From sequence record DRR723986_2372: a stretch of DNA of 64,000 nucleotides; one strand, 5' to 3'. A model generated the notes under the pieces. The model ran no database searches and had not been told where the DNA came from. It worked only from the letters and a program-made list of their open reading frames with translations. Shown here piece after piece: positions 1 to 9,877 of this stretch. A program made the position numbers and the translations under genes. Positions within the stretch are counted from its first letter, which is position 1; each line of letters begins with the position of its first letter.

Positions 1-123
1 TGCGGCTGACTGTGCGGCAACAGACTGTGCGGCAACAGACTGTGCTGCGGCCGAGTTGGCGGATACAACCACCAGCAAGACAACTGGGCACAGCCAATGT
101 GAATGTTCTTGAAAACGCTGCAT
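1..123 (-). CDS. N-terminal fragment of a secreted protein, running off the left edge; probable next gene of the beta-glucan operon
   Basis: Hand translation from ATG at 123 gives MQRFQEHSHWLCPVVLLVVVSANSAAAQSVAAQSVAAQSAA, which is signal-peptide-like. AAAGGA Shine-Dalgarno upstream; same strand as and just downstream of the phosphorylase. Not in the ORF track. Confidence 0.7.
   Translation of the reverse strand, partial: MQRFQEHSHWLCPVVLLVVVSANSAAAQSVAAQSVAAQSAA
8..45. repeat. 15-bp tandem repeat (GACTGTGCGGCAACA x2.5) encoding AQSVA repeats
   Basis: Units at 8-22 and 23-37, partial unit at 38-45. Confidence 0.9.
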
Positions 124-189
124 CTGCGTTAATCCTTTCACCAGGGTCGACTACGTGAGTACCGCACGCCCTGCGGTGCATGATAATGT

Positions 190-3100
190 TTACGACAAGC
201 CTTGCAATCGGCACTCGACGGCTCGTATTTGCCCAGAACGCGAGAACAATTTCCGCGTCAGTTCCCTGCTAAGCTGCCTACCGGCCACAGTCTCGTAGCT
301 GTCATCGGCGAAGCGAACGATGATCTCGTCTGTTTCGCCAGCCGAATATACGACAGGGACCTGGCAGAGTGTAAATGCAAACCCACCTGCGGAGACAGGT
401 AAACACCGCGAGTTTCCGCCGACGTCGTAATAAGTGAACTCTTGCGACTCGTCGAGTAATTCATCTGCATCAAACAGGTCGAGTCTGAACGATAGTTGGC
501 CATCTTGCACATGCGCGCCTACTTCAAGGAATCGCGCAAGCACATCTTCTTTGACTTGGCCCGTCATGCCAGGCTGTTTGACGCCCGCGTTCTCAGGAGT
601 GTGCGAATAGGGATCGGAAGGGAACGCACCGTAGTCGGCTGGACACTTCTCCGCTCCAATCCCCTTTCGGATTGCCTGATAATGTTCGCGAAGTGCCTCG
701 ATCACAGTGGCGTCGGCTGAGCAGTTTACCGCGTCAAAGAAGTTCTCTACCACCGCCAAGCCGAGTTTGGAAACCATGTGCCAGTAGATCGATCCCAATC
801 CCTCGTAGGCGAAGAACGTGCCTGACCGCCCAGTAAACTGCCGGTGTTGGAACATGTCTTCGAACACACTACAAACCAAGTCGACCTCAGACTGTGCTTG
901 ATAGTGAGATGGCAGTTCCAGTAGTGCAGTCCTGAGTTCTGATGAATTGCGGAAGTCCCCCGCGAAGTGCACTCCACCGTGAATATCTTTCCTTACAATT
1001 CGCTGGTCACCATCGGCGATCAGTTTCTGAATCAGTGGACTTTGCGAGACTTGCTCACGCGTCAAAGTGTTCTTTTCCAAAAATCTCGGCAAGCGCCGAT
1101 CCGGGTACAGCATGTAGGTAAGCTGGTTCTCTCGGTACAACGCACTGCTACGGAGCGCGTCGAGCAGCTCGACAGTTTCCGCGGGCGTTAGCACGCCAGC
1201 GCTCAGCACGGCTACTTGCCCTTCGAGCATCTCGTACAGATGCTCCACGTTAACTTCGTCACCGGACCACTCGATCAAGTTGTACGAGTGAAACAGACCG
1301 TCCGTTCGCCGATTGTGCTCAATCGTGGCTCGAAGATGACGGCTGGCTGACCGTGCAAGTTCAAGCACTTGTTCGCCACTGACATCAACTGACTTTCCGC
1401 TGAGGCCGTCGTCGTAGATTGCTTTTCGGTAGTCGCTACCAGCCTCGCACAGTGCCGCCACGATTCGTCCACGATCTTCGGCTTTGAGTGGCGAATCCAG
1501 AAGCCCCAAGCTCTCTCGCAGAATGCCTGCAATCTGCATCAAGAACGCAGCGGTCTCTTGCGAGACACTAAATGAGGCTTCATTGTGTTTCGAAATCCAG
1601 TTCTCGATGAACGTGAACCAGCGGTGCATGTAGCAGGCGGTCACCATGGACAGTCCGTTGCCGACGAGCGCGTTGTTGGCATCGTTCCATTCAGGTCGCT
1701 GGGTGTTGAGCCAAATGCCTCCATCAGGAACATAGTTGGTCAGTTTGGCAAGCGATAAAGTCAGCAGTTTCTCCAGCAGTGTGACTCGATGCACTTCGCC
1801 ACTGCGCGTCAGGACTAGTTTGCCATCGGAACCGATCTCGCTGACTCGTCGAGCGATCTTGCTGGCCAAGTCTGAATCAAAGGTAATGGTGTCATGCGGA
1901 TCTTGGCGAATATCTGAAAATGGCTTGATCCGATACGGCACATTGGCGTGAACGAATGACCGCTCGCCAAGCAATTGATCTAACTCCTGCGGCGCGACTC
2001 GATCACTCATCTCCAGCAAACGTAACAAGTAGATGATCTGGTGATCGCCCCAGTAACCAATGTTGGCCCAAGGATCCTCTGGAGTGGGCTCTTCCCACTC
2101 GAATCCATCCTTGGTAACGCGATAGGGATTGTACCCGTCTGCGGTGGTCGCATTCACAAAGCGACAAATCATCGATGTCGCGAACTCGGGAAACGACACC
2201 GCCAGTGCCTCCCAGTTCTGAAAGATATCGCGCCAGTTCCCTTGGTAATTTAGGCTCGTTCGCCCATCGTCTCTGCGAAGGTCGATGGAGAAGCGGTTCC
2301 ACGGTCGCGTGGGATCACCATGCCGTCTGCTGAAGGCGAGTGGCAAGTACTCCGTCGCTAGCCGCTGCAAATCGGGATCACCCGTCTGCTTCGCTCTTTC
2401 AACTAAATCTGCCCGAGGTAGTTCCGCCGGTAGCTCTCGGAGCCACTGTGAGTGTTCTTGCTGGAGTGCTCGATTGAATGTCCCTACGTGTTCAACAAAG
2501 TCATCGGATTCGATGGTGTAATTCTGCAACGGGATGCCACCGCGCATTACGTTGAATACAGTATTCGCTTGATGCCGATCACTGCGACGGACATTATCGC
2601 CTAGCTGCATCGCATCCGCAGACGCAACAATACGTTCAAGTCCCACATGGCTGGCCTGAATATCCTGTTCGATTTCCTGTGCCGGATCGACGGTATTTTC
2701 AAGCCAGTTGTTTAAGTTGATCGTTTCGGTGTGATCCTGCGCTAGTTCGGCAACAATGTGCCACTGGGCGTCTTCTCCGGGAGCAAGGCTGATGGTCTTC
2801 TGCACCAAGAACGCTCCGGGCTTCCCGCGCACATCAGTCTCGGTCGTCAAAGGGACACCGTTACGGAATGCTGAAACCTGATCTCGTGAAAGCAGGCGAA
2901 CGTCAGAGGGGACACCTGTTTCCCAAACGGTCGTCGCACGCAGACCTTCGCTCGGCTCGGCTCGGTCCGTCGGTATGGAACTCAGCAAGAACAGAGCAAG
3001 GTCTGTGCCTTCGACCAACTCGCTTGTGCGGTACGCATTGGCAAGGTTGCTGAACCGTGCCATGAAGTCGCTATTGACGCCATAGGGCAACAGGTTGCTC

Positions 3101-3630
3101 AAGCCATCGAGAACGCAAACCTGTTGTGGGTGATCACCAATGTTCCTGACTTGGCAGGTACGAACGAAACCGAACTTCTCACTAAACGCCCACCGGTAGC
3201 GGAACGAAATTTTTTGATCTTCGTTCACCTCTTCAAACACAACCTGACTGCCAATCGGCGTCTTGTAGACGTTTCGACGAATCCCAGCAGGAAGCGGGGG
3301 CGTCGACTGAAACGGCTCCCAGGTTTCAACCTGTTGACCTGGCGTTGCTGCGCGGATCAAGGTGGTCGATCCGGTGGTGTGACGAAGCTGGGAGATGCGG
3401 TCGTCCGTGCCGTACGGGAATAGCGCATTGTCGGCATTCTGCCTTCCGCATGTCAATGCACCGGTGCTGGATATGAACATCCAATGATCGCTGGGCCCGA
3501 CCAGCGACATGAAGAATTCCGGCATCTCATGGCTGTCAGAGATCTTGCAATAACGTTGACCGTCTAAGTCGACGTAATGTGCTGTAGCGGCCGCACCATT
3601 GGCACAGGAATTTTCGTAGGCGATTGACAT
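190..3630 (-). CDS. GH149-like beta-1,3-glucan (laminarin) phosphorylase
   Basis: 1146 aa; motifs FFMSLVGPSDHWMFISS, FSRRHGDPTRPWN, YQGNWRDIFQNWE, WANIGYWGDHQIIYL, AFPSDPYSHTP, QPGMTGQVKED typical of GH149 (GH161 is the related alternative). Confidence 0.85.
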   Translation of the reverse strand: MSIAYENSCANGAAATAHYVDLDGQRYCKISDSHEMPEFFMSLVGPSDHWMFISSTGALTCGRQNADNALFPYGTDDRISQLRHTTGSTTLIRAATPGQQVETWEPFQSTPPLPAGIRRNVYKTPIGSQVVFEEVNEDQKISFRYRWAFSEKFGFVRTCQVRNIGDHPQQVCVLDGLSNLLPYGVNSDFMARFSNLANAYRTSELVEGTDLALFLLSSIPTDRAEPSEGLRATTVWETGVPSDVRLLSRDQVSAFRNGVPLTTETDVRGKPGAFLVQKTISLAPGEDAQWHIVAELAQDHTETINLNNWLENTVDPAQEIEQDIQASHVGLERIVASADAMQLGDNVRRSDRHQANTVFNVMRGGIPLQNYTIESDDFVEHVGTFNRALQQEHSQWLRELPAELPRADLVERAKQTGDPDLQRLATEYLPLAFSRRHGDPTRPWNRFSIDLRRDDGRTSLNYQGNWRDIFQNWEALAVSFPEFATSMICRFVNATTADGYNPYRVTKDGFEWEEPTPEDPWANIGYWGDHQIIYLLRLLEMSDRVAPQELDQLLGERSFVHANVPYRIKPFSDIRQDPHDTITFDSDLASKIARRVSEIGSDGKLVLTRSGEVHRVTLLEKLLTLSLAKLTNYVPDGGIWLNTQRPEWNDANNALVGNGLSMVTACYMHRWFTFIENWISKHNEASFSVSQETAAFLMQIAGILRESLGLLDSPLKAEDRGRIVAALCEAGSDYRKAIYDDGLSGKSVDVSGEQVLELARSASRHLRATIEHNRRTDGLFHSYNLIEWSGDEVNVEHLYEMLEGQVAVLSAGVLTPAETVELLDALRSSALYRENQLTYMLYPDRRLPRFLEKNTLTREQVSQSPLIQKLIADGDQRIVRKDIHGGVHFAGDFRNSSELRTALLELPSHYQAQSEVDLVCSVFEDMFQHRQFTGRSGTFFAYEGLGSIYWHMVSKLGLAVVENFFDAVNCSADATVIEALREHYQAIRKGIGAEKCPADYGAFPSDPYSHTPENAGVKQPGMTGQVKEDVLARFLEVGAHVQDGQLSFRLDLFDADELLDESQEFTYYDVGGNSRCLPVSAGGFAFTLCQVPVVYSAGETDEIIVRFADDSYETVAGRQLSRELTRKLFSRSGQIRAVECRLQGLS

Positions 3631-3695
3631 ACTATTTGCCCCAATTACTTCGTTCAGCAGGTGACAATTCGGTTCCGCGCTGCAGAGTTACGAGC

Positions 3696-3738
3696 CCGAG
3701 AAACCAGGGGTGGCCTGTTCAACACCCCTGGCTCTCGG
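3696..3738. other. Strong intercistronic hairpin
   Basis: CCGAGAAACCAGGGGTG pairs with CACCCCTGGCTCTCGG; no U-tract. Confidence 0.65.
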
Positions 3739-3747
3739 ACAAGTTTG

Positions 3748-5187
3748 TTAACCAGCCGCGCCAAGTTTGCCGCGGCGAGCCTCGAGTTCTGCTCGGATTT
3801 CGCCAGCGCGAGTTTCAGAGATTTCGTAGGTGGACATCACGACCAGAGCCAAAGCTGAGGTGACCATCGGAATGACCACATCAAACAGTCGCAACCAGAG
3901 CATGGTTGCTTCAGTCTGAACAACCGGGTCTTCGGAGCCTGGCGGGGGCGTTTGGAAGCCAGAAGCAACCAGCAAGTAGCCGGTCAAAAGGCCGGCGATT
4001 CCAAGACCGACTTTGACCATCCACCAGTAGATTGCGCCAAACACACCCTCGCGGCGCTGGTGGGAATTAAGTTCATCATAATCGCATACATCGGAGATCA
4101 TCGAACCGGTCAGAGTAAACAGCGAACCAGCTCCGAAGGCCACAAATGGGCACGACAACAGGAGCAGGTATGGATACTGTGGGTTGTACCCAAACCACTT
4201 GATTGCATAGCCGACGATCGAGATCGAGATCACAAGCATGAACGCTTTACGCTTTCCAAGATACTGCGAAAGCACCGCAGTAAGTGGAATTACGATGATC
4301 GTACAAATGGCGGTCAGCGAGCCCCACCATCCGTTGAGAGCACCAGCTTGGCTATCGTTACCTCCGAAGAGATAGTAGATGATCACGTAAAGGGCGAAGG
4401 AGATTCCGAGCTGATAGCCATTGAACACCAGGAATGTCGCGACGCACAGTTTTACAAATGGCTTGCACTTGAGCGTCGTGCCGATGTTTTTGAAGAACTC
4501 AAGTAGATTCTTGATCGCCCCTGAGAGCTTTGATTCAGTTGCAGGCGGTTGCAAATCGGCCAATCGCTCCCTGCAGAAAATGGCTGGAACAACGCCCAGA
4601 ACCATGATGGCAAGCCCGAAGCAGATACCCAGCACACTCGCGCCCTGCACTTTATCGTCATAACTGGCCATGATTGCCCAAATCCATGGGGCCCCGATCC
4701 ACGCAATCTGACCAACGGCATTGGCGAATGCGTGCAGGCGAGTCCGTTCGTGATAGTCGGGCGTCATCTCATAGCCAAAAGCTACGAATGGCGTGGCGTA
4801 GACAGTGTAGGTCAGAAAGTAAAGGATCAGTGCAGGGAGGAAGGTCCAGAAGTAATACGACTGCGATTTGCCTTGCGGGAACTGCCACATCATCGCGAAC
4901 ACGATCCCGGCAATCAGGGCTCCCGCCAGAATGTATGGCCGACGCCTTCCCCAACGCGAATGGGTGTTGTCAGAGATAAACCCCATCAGCGGGTCGGATA
5001 TGGCGTCAAAAATCCGAGGGAGAAATCCGATAATTCCCGCCAACCGCGGGTCCATCCCCAGTCCAAGGTTTAGCACGATCAGCATCGCCGGAATCGCAGC
5101 CGCCTGCAGATTGTTGACGAACATCCCAACGGCATACGCTGCTTGCTGGGGAAGTGGAATACGATCGCCGCTGGCACTAGAACTCAT
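3748..5187 (-). CDS. MFS glycoside-pentoside-hexuronide (GPH/MelB-like) sugar symporter
   Basis: DAISDPLMGFISDNTHSRWGRRRPY, EMTPDYHERTRL, SDVCDYDEL..RREG; about 12 hydrophobic segments. Confidence 0.9.
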   Translation of the reverse strand: MSSSASGDRIPLPQQAAYAVGMFVNNLQAAAIPAMLIVLNLGLGMDPRLAGIIGFLPRIFDAISDPLMGFISDNTHSRWGRRRPYILAGALIAGIVFAMMWQFPQGKSQSYYFWTFLPALILYFLTYTVYATPFVAFGYEMTPDYHERTRLHAFANAVGQIAWIGAPWIWAIMASYDDKVQGASVLGICFGLAIMVLGVVPAIFCRERLADLQPPATESKLSGAIKNLLEFFKNIGTTLKCKPFVKLCVATFLVFNGYQLGISFALYVIIYYLFGGNDSQAGALNGWWGSLTAICTIIVIPLTAVLSQYLGKRKAFMLVISISIVGYAIKWFGYNPQYPYLLLLSCPFVAFGAGSLFTLTGSMISDVCDYDELNSHQRREGVFGAIYWWMVKVGLGIAGLLTGYLLVASGFQTPPPGSEDPVVQTEATMLWLRLFDVVIPMVTSALALVVMSTYEISETRAGEIRAELEARRGKLGAAG

Positions 5188-5212
5188 GATTTAACCCAAT
5201 TGTTGGCCGCCT

Positions 5213-5226
5213 TGAAACCGGTTTCA
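5213..5226. promoter_or_regulatory. LacI-family operator TGAAACCGGTTTCA
   Basis: Perfect 14-bp palindrome with central CG, about 25 bp upstream of the transporter ATG, with a divergent LacI gene. Confidence 0.8.
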
Positions 5227-5469
5227 GGATAGCATCTGACGATGAGGTGTTCAAGTCATTTTTGTTCTCCAGCGATCCGCCGCGCCGATTTCTCAGCCCC
5301 AAGCCCCAAAAGTGAACCACGAGCTCGCCCTTCGCGGCGGATTGCCACTACGGCTTTTCATTCTGCGAAACGAATACTGCACTGGGAACGGGCCCTGCTC
5401 CCTACGTGCGGAGCGGGTAGAATTATAGGTAGTTCAATACGCTCAAATCATTCTTACCGGCCCTCCTCA

Positions 5470-6471
5470 ATGAATAAGGTGACCATTCAGGATATCGCTC
5501 GCGCATCCGGAGTATCCAAGAGTACTGTTTCCCGAGTGCTAAACGGCAGCGCGGAAGTCGCTGAAAGCAAGAAACTGGCTGTAATGGAGGCCGTCGACCG
5601 CCTTGGTTTCAAGCCGAATTTTGTAGCCCGAAGCCTTGCGAGCGGAAAGTCGATGACCATCGGCGTCATGACGCAGCTCATCGGTAGTCCGTTTTACGAT
5701 ACGATTGCCCAGGGCATCATCGCCGGACTGAATGGGCGTTCCTACTCGCCAATCTTTGTCGACGGGCAACTCAAACGCGACGAAGAGGTCGGAGCCATCC
5801 AAGCACTGCTCGGCCGCCACGTTGATGGCATCATCTTGATCGGCGGCAGTCTGCAGGGCGCGGAAATCGCCAAGCTATGTGGTGAACTGCCGACGGTTGT
5901 TGTCGCTCGCAATTTGACCGCCGAAAATGTTATCAGCATCCACATGGATAACGTTGATGGTGGTTACCAGGCGACGAAGCACTTGATTGAGCAAGGGCAC
6001 CGACGTATCGCGATGATCAAAGGTCTATCGGATCATGACGACGCAACTGGACGAGTCAAAGGGTATCAGAAGGCCCTGAACGAAGCGGGAATAACGCCAG
6101 CGCCGGAACTACAGCTAGAGGGCGATTTTTCGTCCGACGCCGGAGTCCGGGGCGTCGAGCTACTGCTGGCACAGGAGCACAAGTTCACAGCAGTGTTCGG
6201 GGCGAATGACATGACTGCCTTCGGTGCCCGCCTTGCACTGCACCGCCACGGCCTTAGTGTGCCCGAAGACGTATCGTTGGTAGGCTTCGATGATCAGATG
6301 GAAGCAGCTTACAGCATTCCACCTTTGACGACCGTCAGCCAACCATCGCGAGAGATGGGAAAGTGGGCAACCGAAGCGATCCTTGCAATGATCGGCGGCG
6401 AAGCGATTGACTCGAAGCAAATGACCGGACAGCTCATCACCCGCGACTCCGTCGCCCCACCTCGCCAGTGA
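5470..6471 (+). CDS. LacI-family transcriptional regulator
   Basis: VTIQDIARASGVSKSTVSRVLN helix-turn-helix; VPEDVSLVGFDD, PPLTTVSQP. Start moved to ATG 5470. Confidence 0.93.
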   Translation: MNKVTIQDIARASGVSKSTVSRVLNGSAEVAESKKLAVMEAVDRLGFKPNFVARSLASGKSMTIGVMTQLIGSPFYDTIAQGIIAGLNGRSYSPIFVDGQLKRDEEVGAIQALLGRHVDGIILIGGSLQGAEIAKLCGELPTVVVARNLTAENVISIHMDNVDGGYQATKHLIEQGHRRIAMIKGLSDHDDATGRVKGYQKALNEAGITPAPELQLEGDFSSDAGVRGVELLLAQEHKFTAVFGANDMTAFGARLALHRHGLSVPEDVSLVGFDDQMEAAYSIPPLTTVSQPSREMGKWATEAILAMIGGEAIDSKQMTGQLITRDSVAPPRQ

Positions 6472-6595
6472 TCCGCAGCGACAATTCACTGTAGCCCAAG
6501 CTCTCCCAGCCGTCAGTGATGCCTCAGAGTCGGTCCTTGAGATCGTTCAAACCGAACGCTTCGTTGGAGATGTGTTTACGCGCGAAGGCACAGAT

Positions 6596-9169
6596 TCACT
6601 GGGGTGCTAACAGAATGGCTGGGAGATCGGGGCCTTGAAGGGCGGCGATGATGGCGGTGGAGGAGATCTCCTGCGCGTCGGCGAGATTGAAAGTGATGCG
6701 ATCGTTCTCAATGTCAGAGTCATTGGCGTAGGCGTAAACCAGCCCATCGACGACGAGCCCCAGACCTCCGCGATTTGCTGGAATACTCCGGCTCAACGCA
6801 GCTCGGCCGTTCGATGTCAAGTCAATCACCAGTTGTCGGGCGGTCCGCTTGGGCGATCGCTTCTGATGAGTAAATACTGCCGCCCGGTGATTCACCTCCG
6901 CCTTTCCGATTTGCTCAGGATCCAGTTCAAGCGGTGTGCCAAGTGTTGCTATCCGGGAGCCCAAACTGTCGGCAGTCCTGACTGCCATGGGGTGGTCCAG
7001 GCCAGCAGCCAGCGGCACGTAGTTCACTTCGCTCGCAGAGCTCTCGTCGAGTTCGATGAGCGAATCAGTCGCCTCAGCAGCTTCGTCGACGGCCTTCGCG
7101 AGCCAAACGAATTTCAGATCCCCGCGAAGCCTCAATCGTTCGCGGATCTCGCCGGAATTGAATGCCCAAGCGTAGACATCCAGCCGCTCCCCTCGCGCGC
7201 CATACACGTTGATATCCATGGATGACAAACGACCACGAATGGCATTGTATAGGTTGGCATCGTTTAGTTCTTCACCTTCAACAGCGACGACTCGAAAATT
7301 GACTCGGCTGGCGTACCAGCCCGCTCGGTAGCCTGCGAACAGCCCGAGGGCAACCACAACCGCCAGTACATTCAGCGCTGCGAACGCTCGAGTTAATCGA
7401 GTCTCACGGCCAAATAGCGTCGTTGTTGCTCCCCAGCCCTTAGTAGCCACCGCAGAACGCCTATTGCTATTGAACAGCCAGCGGCGTGCCCAGATTGCAA
7501 GTGGGAAACTGAAAATCCAAACTGGCGTAACTGGCAGCATGGAAACAACGGTTGCCGCAATGCTCAGCCCTCGCGGTCGCGCGGCAAGATTGCAAATACT
7601 TGCGAGCAACTGCACGACGACGATTGGAGCCAACGTAACTGCTGCCGTTACGCAGACAGCGACTTTGAGAAGGGTATCGTCGATCTCAAGCGCAGAAAGT
7701 GCCTGAACAACAGCGAGCACGCCCATGTTGCAAACAGCGCAGACCGCTAGCAGAATGGCGAAAACCAAACGATTGGAATCGTTGCTATCGGCGCCTTGTT
7801 TACCCGCGGCGGTCTTTTGAGCAAACCCAAGTGTGCTCGCCAATCGCTGGGCGTAGTCCGTGTCACCGCGTTTAATCTTCAGCTCAACGACGCCGCTCTC
7901 AGCATTGGGCAGCTCGCCAAGTCGCGAAATCTTGTCCGTGCTCAATAGCAGTTTCGTATTGAACATTCGCGGCGTAACTTCTACGCGAGTAATGGCCGAT
8001 GTTGGGATATCAACGACATGCGTCTTACTCTTGACGGTTCCCCAAATAGTATCTCGCAGCCGGAATTCTGCATTCAGCCCGGCTTGTGTGGCATGCAGCA
8101 TTCCAACCGCTTCGCCGAATCCACCAAATGTCTCCGCTGAAAATGGGACGCTGACTGTTTTCTGCGGGCCAGGTGCAAACTCTAACTGCGCACCAGATTG
8201 AGTAGCGAGGGCCGCGCGAGCACGATTAACGTCTGCTGCAAATTCTGCAGCCGACTGGTAACGCTCGCTGGGCTTGCGGCTCAACGCTTTCTCACAGATG
8301 GCATCGATCGATTCATCTACGCCATCAACCAATTGACTAGGTGATTCGAATCGCCCAAGCGGCAACTGTCCCGTTAGGCACTCGTAAAGAACCACGCCAA
8401 GTGCATAGAGGTCGACTCGATGGTCAACGTCAGTGGGTGCTTCCATGTGTTCCGGGGCAAGGTAGTGCAGTGATCCGAGCACTTGCCGCGTAGCTGTTAG
8501 GGTTGGCGTCTTGATCGATTCGTCTACGATTTTCGCGATGCCAAAATCCGCGATTTTGACGGCCCCTTCATCGCTCAGCAAAATATTCTCTGGCTTGATG
8601 TCGCGGTGAACAACGCCTTTCGTGTGAGCGTATTCGAGGCCACGGCACGTCGTACTGATCAACTCCAAAGTATCCACGACGCCGAGCCGGGCATCCCGGA
8701 TTGCATCACGGAGGTTCATTCCGTCGACAAATTCCATGATGAGAAATGCCATGCCATCGGCGGTGTGGCCGAAGTCGTACACCGTGACAATGTTTGCGTG
8801 CGATAGCTTGGCGAGCGCTTTGGCTTCACGTTCGAATCGATCCAGGAACGCGGTATCGGTCGACAGCTCTCGGGCAATTAACTTGACAGCCACGTCGCGG
8901 TCGAGGGTTGTTTGGCGGGCACCATAGATGGCTCCCATGCCGCCGCGCCCGACAAGTCGCTGCACCTCCAACTGCGGCATCATGGCGTCAAGCTCTTGGG
9001 CCGTGGGCAACAGGAATTGGTTGGTCGGCGACGGGTTATAGTCGCTCATGCCCAACTGCAGCAGGCACGCCGAGCAGCCTTCCTGAGGATTAATGGTCGC
9101 TCCGCACTCCGGACATGCCTCGTTTTCTGGTGTCTGTCCAGCGCCCAATTCTTGCTCGCTTGCCGTCAT
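6596..9169 (-). CDS. Membrane-anchored Hanks-type Ser/Thr protein kinase with N-terminal CxxC/CxxC knuckle and C-terminal SecD-P1-like domain
   Basis: GRGGMG, VAVK, HRDIKPEN, DFGIAK, YLAPE; CPECG..CSACL; several transmembrane segments. Confidence 0.92.
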   Translation of the reverse strand: MTASEQELGAGQTPENEACPECGATINPQEGCSACLLQLGMSDYNPSPTNQFLLPTAQELDAMMPQLEVQRLVGRGGMGAIYGARQTTLDRDVAVKLIARELSTDTAFLDRFEREAKALAKLSHANIVTVYDFGHTADGMAFLIMEFVDGMNLRDAIRDARLGVVDTLELISTTCRGLEYAHTKGVVHRDIKPENILLSDEGAVKIADFGIAKIVDESIKTPTLTATRQVLGSLHYLAPEHMEAPTDVDHRVDLYALGVVLYECLTGQLPLGRFESPSQLVDGVDESIDAICEKALSRKPSERYQSAAEFAADVNRARAALATQSGAQLEFAPGPQKTVSVPFSAETFGGFGEAVGMLHATQAGLNAEFRLRDTIWGTVKSKTHVVDIPTSAITRVEVTPRMFNTKLLLSTDKISRLGELPNAESGVVELKIKRGDTDYAQRLASTLGFAQKTAAGKQGADSNDSNRLVFAILLAVCAVCNMGVLAVVQALSALEIDDTLLKVAVCVTAAVTLAPIVVVQLLASICNLAARPRGLSIAATVVSMLPVTPVWIFSFPLAIWARRWLFNSNRRSAVATKGWGATTTLFGRETRLTRAFAALNVLAVVVALGLFAGYRAGWYASRVNFRVVAVEGEELNDANLYNAIRGRLSSMDINVYGARGERLDVYAWAFNSGEIRERLRLRGDLKFVWLAKAVDEAAEATDSLIELDESSASEVNYVPLAAGLDHPMAVRTADSLGSRIATLGTPLELDPEQIGKAEVNHRAAVFTHQKRSPKRTARQLVIDLTSNGRAALSRSIPANRGGLGLVVDGLVYAYANDSDIENDRITFNLADAQEISSTAIIAALQGPDLPAILLAPQ

Positions 9170-9528
9170 TTCAAACCCAATCGTTGTGTGATTGATTGCC
9201 GCAGGTGTTCGAAGGCCCTGCGCGGGTGGTTATGGTTCGTTCTCACAAAGATCTTCGTAGTCTGCCAGCGACGATTACAGCTCACAGCGAAAAATTTACA
9301 GCAAATCTGAGTTTCGCCAGCGCGACACTGAAGACCGCTTGCGTAAGTGCCTCCCGGAAAACAACTTACGTCAACCGCATGTTTTATTATGCGCCCAGGA
9401 TCGAGGTGTTTGGGGCCTAGTTCTGTAGAGGTGTTTTGGCTGGCTAGAGCGGGCCGTACCTCTCAAGATTGACGTCGCGCCGATACGTGAGCGCGAGCAT
9501 GAACTAACGATCGGAAAGGAGTAACAGA

Positions 9529-9789
9529 ATGAACATAACGATAGTCATTGTGATTGGTGCTGTTGCTTGCCTTGTGCCCCTGTCTCTGCTGGCAGCTTTT
9601 GCTGTATCCAAAGACAGTCGCGACTATGTGCATCACTACGACGCGCAGGGGTTTTCGGTCGAAGCTTGCAATCGCAATGCGAAGAAGGTGACCAATGCAA
9701 ACGGCATCATGGTGGCCAAACCGGTGGTGCAGAGCACGCGATCCGGTGACGTTCATCGCTCGGAAGAATTCAGCGATGAGATCGGCTAG
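9529..9789 (+). CDS. Small hypothetical membrane-anchored protein
   Basis: Strong AAGGAG RBS; N-terminal hydrophobic helix; 86 aa. Confidence 0.6.
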   Translation: MNITIVIVIGAVACLVPLSLLAAFAVSKDSRDYVHHYDAQGFSVEACNRNAKKVTNANGIMVAKPVVQSTRSGDVHRSEEFSDEIG

Positions 9790-9877
9790 GCCGGCAACCT
9801 GCTACGCAGATCGAGTCGCTGCACAGGCGAACAGCAGGAACGCTGGGGGCAATCACAATTGTCCTCCAGGTTAATTC

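Noticed and set aside
8..45. Short repeats as a CRISPR array (also 14911-14955 and 19646-19679)
   Set aside because: Adjacent 15-17 bp units with no spacers and no cas genes
5242..5469. N-terminal extensions in the ORF track (LacI; likewise rpe, lepA, RDD, fba, nucleoside hydrolase)
   Set aside because: Family homology starts at downstream ATGs, and the extensions overlap promoter regions or neighbouring genes
9250..9300. ECF-type promoter (TGTAAT-N16-CGAA, minus strand) upstream of the kinase
   Set aside because: Plausible but too short and degenerate to support without knowing the cognate sigma factor
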